From positions 1 through 37,242 of the forward strand of contig CAZTMQ010000002.1 of assembly GCA_964615385.1 (NCBI GenBank): a stretch of DNA of 37,242 nucleotides, read 5' to 3'. This stretch comes from an uncultured Methanosarcinales archaeon. Its GTDB lineage: Archaea; Nanobdellota; Nanobdellia; Woesearchaeales; UBA119. Made by a program: the position numbers and the translations under genes. Shown piece by piece: positions 35,599-37,242 of this stretch (within the stretch, counting starts at the first letter, position 1; the number at the start of each line of letters is the position of its first letter). The notes beneath the pieces are model-generated. The model was not told where the DNA came from, did no database searches, and saw only the letters and a program-made list of their open reading frames with translations.

Positions 35599-35755
35599 TG
35601 ACCCCCTCTAAAGGGAAAAATTGCAGAACTACTTTATAAATTTTTTGAAATACTCTGATTTTGCTATCCGAAATAGACACTCAACTTTTTTAGTAAAGAG
35701 AGCCATTAAAAAATACCCTTGCAAAAGAATGAAAAGATTGGCCGTTTTGCGCCTT

Positions 35756-37242
35756 TTAGTTAATCTCCACATAAAATGCAAGCTTACTATTCCCCGCTTT
35801 ATAATCTCTAAGCATCGCCGGAACCCTTATCTCGTAGTCGTAAGAACCGTATTTGCCTTCAGAATTTGGATTTATTTGGGTAATAAACACCACATCTTCA
35901 TCATCTCCCGTATCATACTGAAGATTGCCCTTATCATCATCCTTATCCCATAAAATACCCGTTTTAAAATTTGAATTATTCGTACTATCAACTATTGGAA
36001 CGTCATTAATAATGCCTGTTGACAGATTAAAAGAACCTACCTCTTGAGGGCTCTCGGTGCCTTCACCCCAGATATTTTTTATGGAATCACTAAAATCAGT
36101 GGTTCCAAGATTCTCATCTAGATTTGAGAAATCCTGTGCAGGATTACTATCTATAGTTTTTCCTAAGGGTATCAGATTTGAAAATAAAAACAGGCTATCG
36201 TAATCCGCAACTAATATGTTTCCCGATTGATTTGACAAGTTTGAAAAATCTAACAAAGTCTTATTATCGTATGTTGAGAGAACAAAATCAGTCGAAACAT
36301 TTCCATAAAAATAATGATAAAGCTCAACTTCTATAGTGTTATTTGCTTCATTATTAGAGTAATCTGACTCGTTCAAAAGCTCATCAGGGTTTACCACCAC
36401 AAATATATTATTCTTCCCTGCACTTAGAGAGTAACTGGTGTTGATTGTTAAAGTTTCTCCCTTAATTAGAGAATTAATGGGTAGATTTTCACTAATCATT
36501 GTTCCACCCAAATCAGGGTCTCCTTTAAAAAACTGAACTACAAATGATTCATTTGCATCAGTAAGCCCAAAATTAGAGATATTTGCAAATACTGTAATAT
36601 TATTTCCTTCAACCCTTAACCCTTCTGAGAACCAAATTCCTGTTTCATTGACTGTTAAATCTGGACCAGTGATATTAAGCGTAAAGTTGCTTTCAGCAAA
36701 CCCAGAATTGCCTTCATTATCATAACATAAAACATTCCATTCATAAAGCCCTAAACCCATAAAAATAGATTCAAAAGTATTACTAGCATTATTTGTTGGG
36801 CTAGTGTGCGTTTCATTAGAATCAAAAGCACCTGCCTTGCCAAAATAAAGAGTACAGTTATCAAGGTTTATATCGTATGGAATGTATGTAAAATTCAAGG
36901 CCCCTACACCTTTCTCAGTTTCATTTTCTGGAAGAATCAAAGTAATATTTGGGGCAGTTGTATCTGGAATAATTTCAAAAGTAGTGTAACCCGAAGAGTT
37001 CGAATAAGACTCTTTAGATACAAAAGAAACTATAGAATAATTAGCATAACTTTGGTCTTTTGTAGTCCAGTTAAATTCAGTAAGCCCAGATGTGTTTGTG
37101 TAAGAATCATTTCTATAAACTAAGATCTGTTCTTCACCAACTCCTGTTTGGTTTATCTGGGAATTAAGTCTATAGGTTACATTCATTTCAACCCAATATA
37201 AACGCATAGTGCTTGTTCCAGAACCACTTCCTTTAGTAACCC
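35756..37242 (-). CDS. Large adhesin-like surface protein, 5'-truncated by window edge; CARDB-like domain plus P1/P2-type C-terminal domain
   Basis: The reading frame stays open upstream of Met 37207 to the window end (..VTKGSGSGTST-MRLY). It has a CARDB-like block (NISNFGLTDANESFVVQFF...VVVNPDELLNESDYSNNE). The last ~190 aa (35759..36328) carry FYGNVS and end in YDYEIRVP...LAFYVEIN, like P1 and P2. Confidence 0.7.
   Translation of the reverse strand, partial: VTKGSGSGTSTMRLYWVEMNVTYRLNSQINQTGVGEEQILVYRNDSYTNTSGLTEFNWTTKDQSYANYSIVSFVSKESYSNSSGYTTFEIIPDTTAPNITLILPENETEKGVGALNFTYIPYDINLDNCTLYFGKAGAFDSNETHTSPTNNASNTFESIFMGLGLYEWNVLCYDNEGNSGFAESNFTLNITGPDLTVNETGIWFSEGLRVEGNNITVFANISNFGLTDANESFVVQFFKGDPDLGGTMISENLPINSLIKGETLTINTSYSLSAGKNNIFVVVNPDELLNESDYSNNEANNTIEVELYHYFYGNVSTDFVLSTYDNKTLLDFSNLSNQSGNILVADYDSLFLFSNLIPLGKTIDSNPAQDFSNLDENLGTTDFSDSIKNIWGEGTESPQEVGSFNLSTGIINDVPIVDSTNNSNFKTGILWDKDDDKGNLQYDTGDDEDVVFITQINPNSEGKYGSYDYEIRVPAMLRDYKAGNSKLAFYVEIN

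Overview
AT-rich archaeal chromosomal segment. Archaea-specific markers are L15e, L18e, RpoD/Rpo3, RpoN/Rpo10 and SRP54. Assigning it to a small-genome, DPANN-like lineage is inference only. Four blocks are visible. (1) 1-7.4 kb holds a ThiF-type E1 enzyme, rpl15e, the conserved S13-S4-S11-RpoD-tRNA(Leu)-L18e-L13-S9-RpoN string, then SRP54. (2) 8.4-16.8 kb is a glycogen cluster: a GT-B glycosyltransferase, a GH57 hydrolase, a small domain protein, a eukaryote-type GT3 glycogen synthase, a GalT-like HIT enzyme and a debranching enzyme. (3) 16.9-21.4 kb holds a tandem-duplicated ThyX-like gene and bacterial-type queuosine genes queA and queH flanking an orphan. (4) 21.4-37.2 kb is a cell-envelope island of secreted, sequon-rich and membrane proteins, with no ATPase, prepilin peptidase, transposase or integrase visible. 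The strongest candidate for an undescribed system is in block 4. It has three parts. A type I signal peptidase is fused to a ~70-aa cytoplasmic domain that recurs in five proteins of the window, including one inside the glycogen cluster. An operon of secreted paralogs ends in a conserved aromatic C-terminal strand. A CARDB adhesin carries that same terminal domain. Separately, a structured ~130-nt element (long imperfect stem, then hairpin plus T-run) occurs twice, each time 5' of a gene or operon encoding the recurrent domain. No rRNA, CRISPR array or recognisable mobile element was seen.
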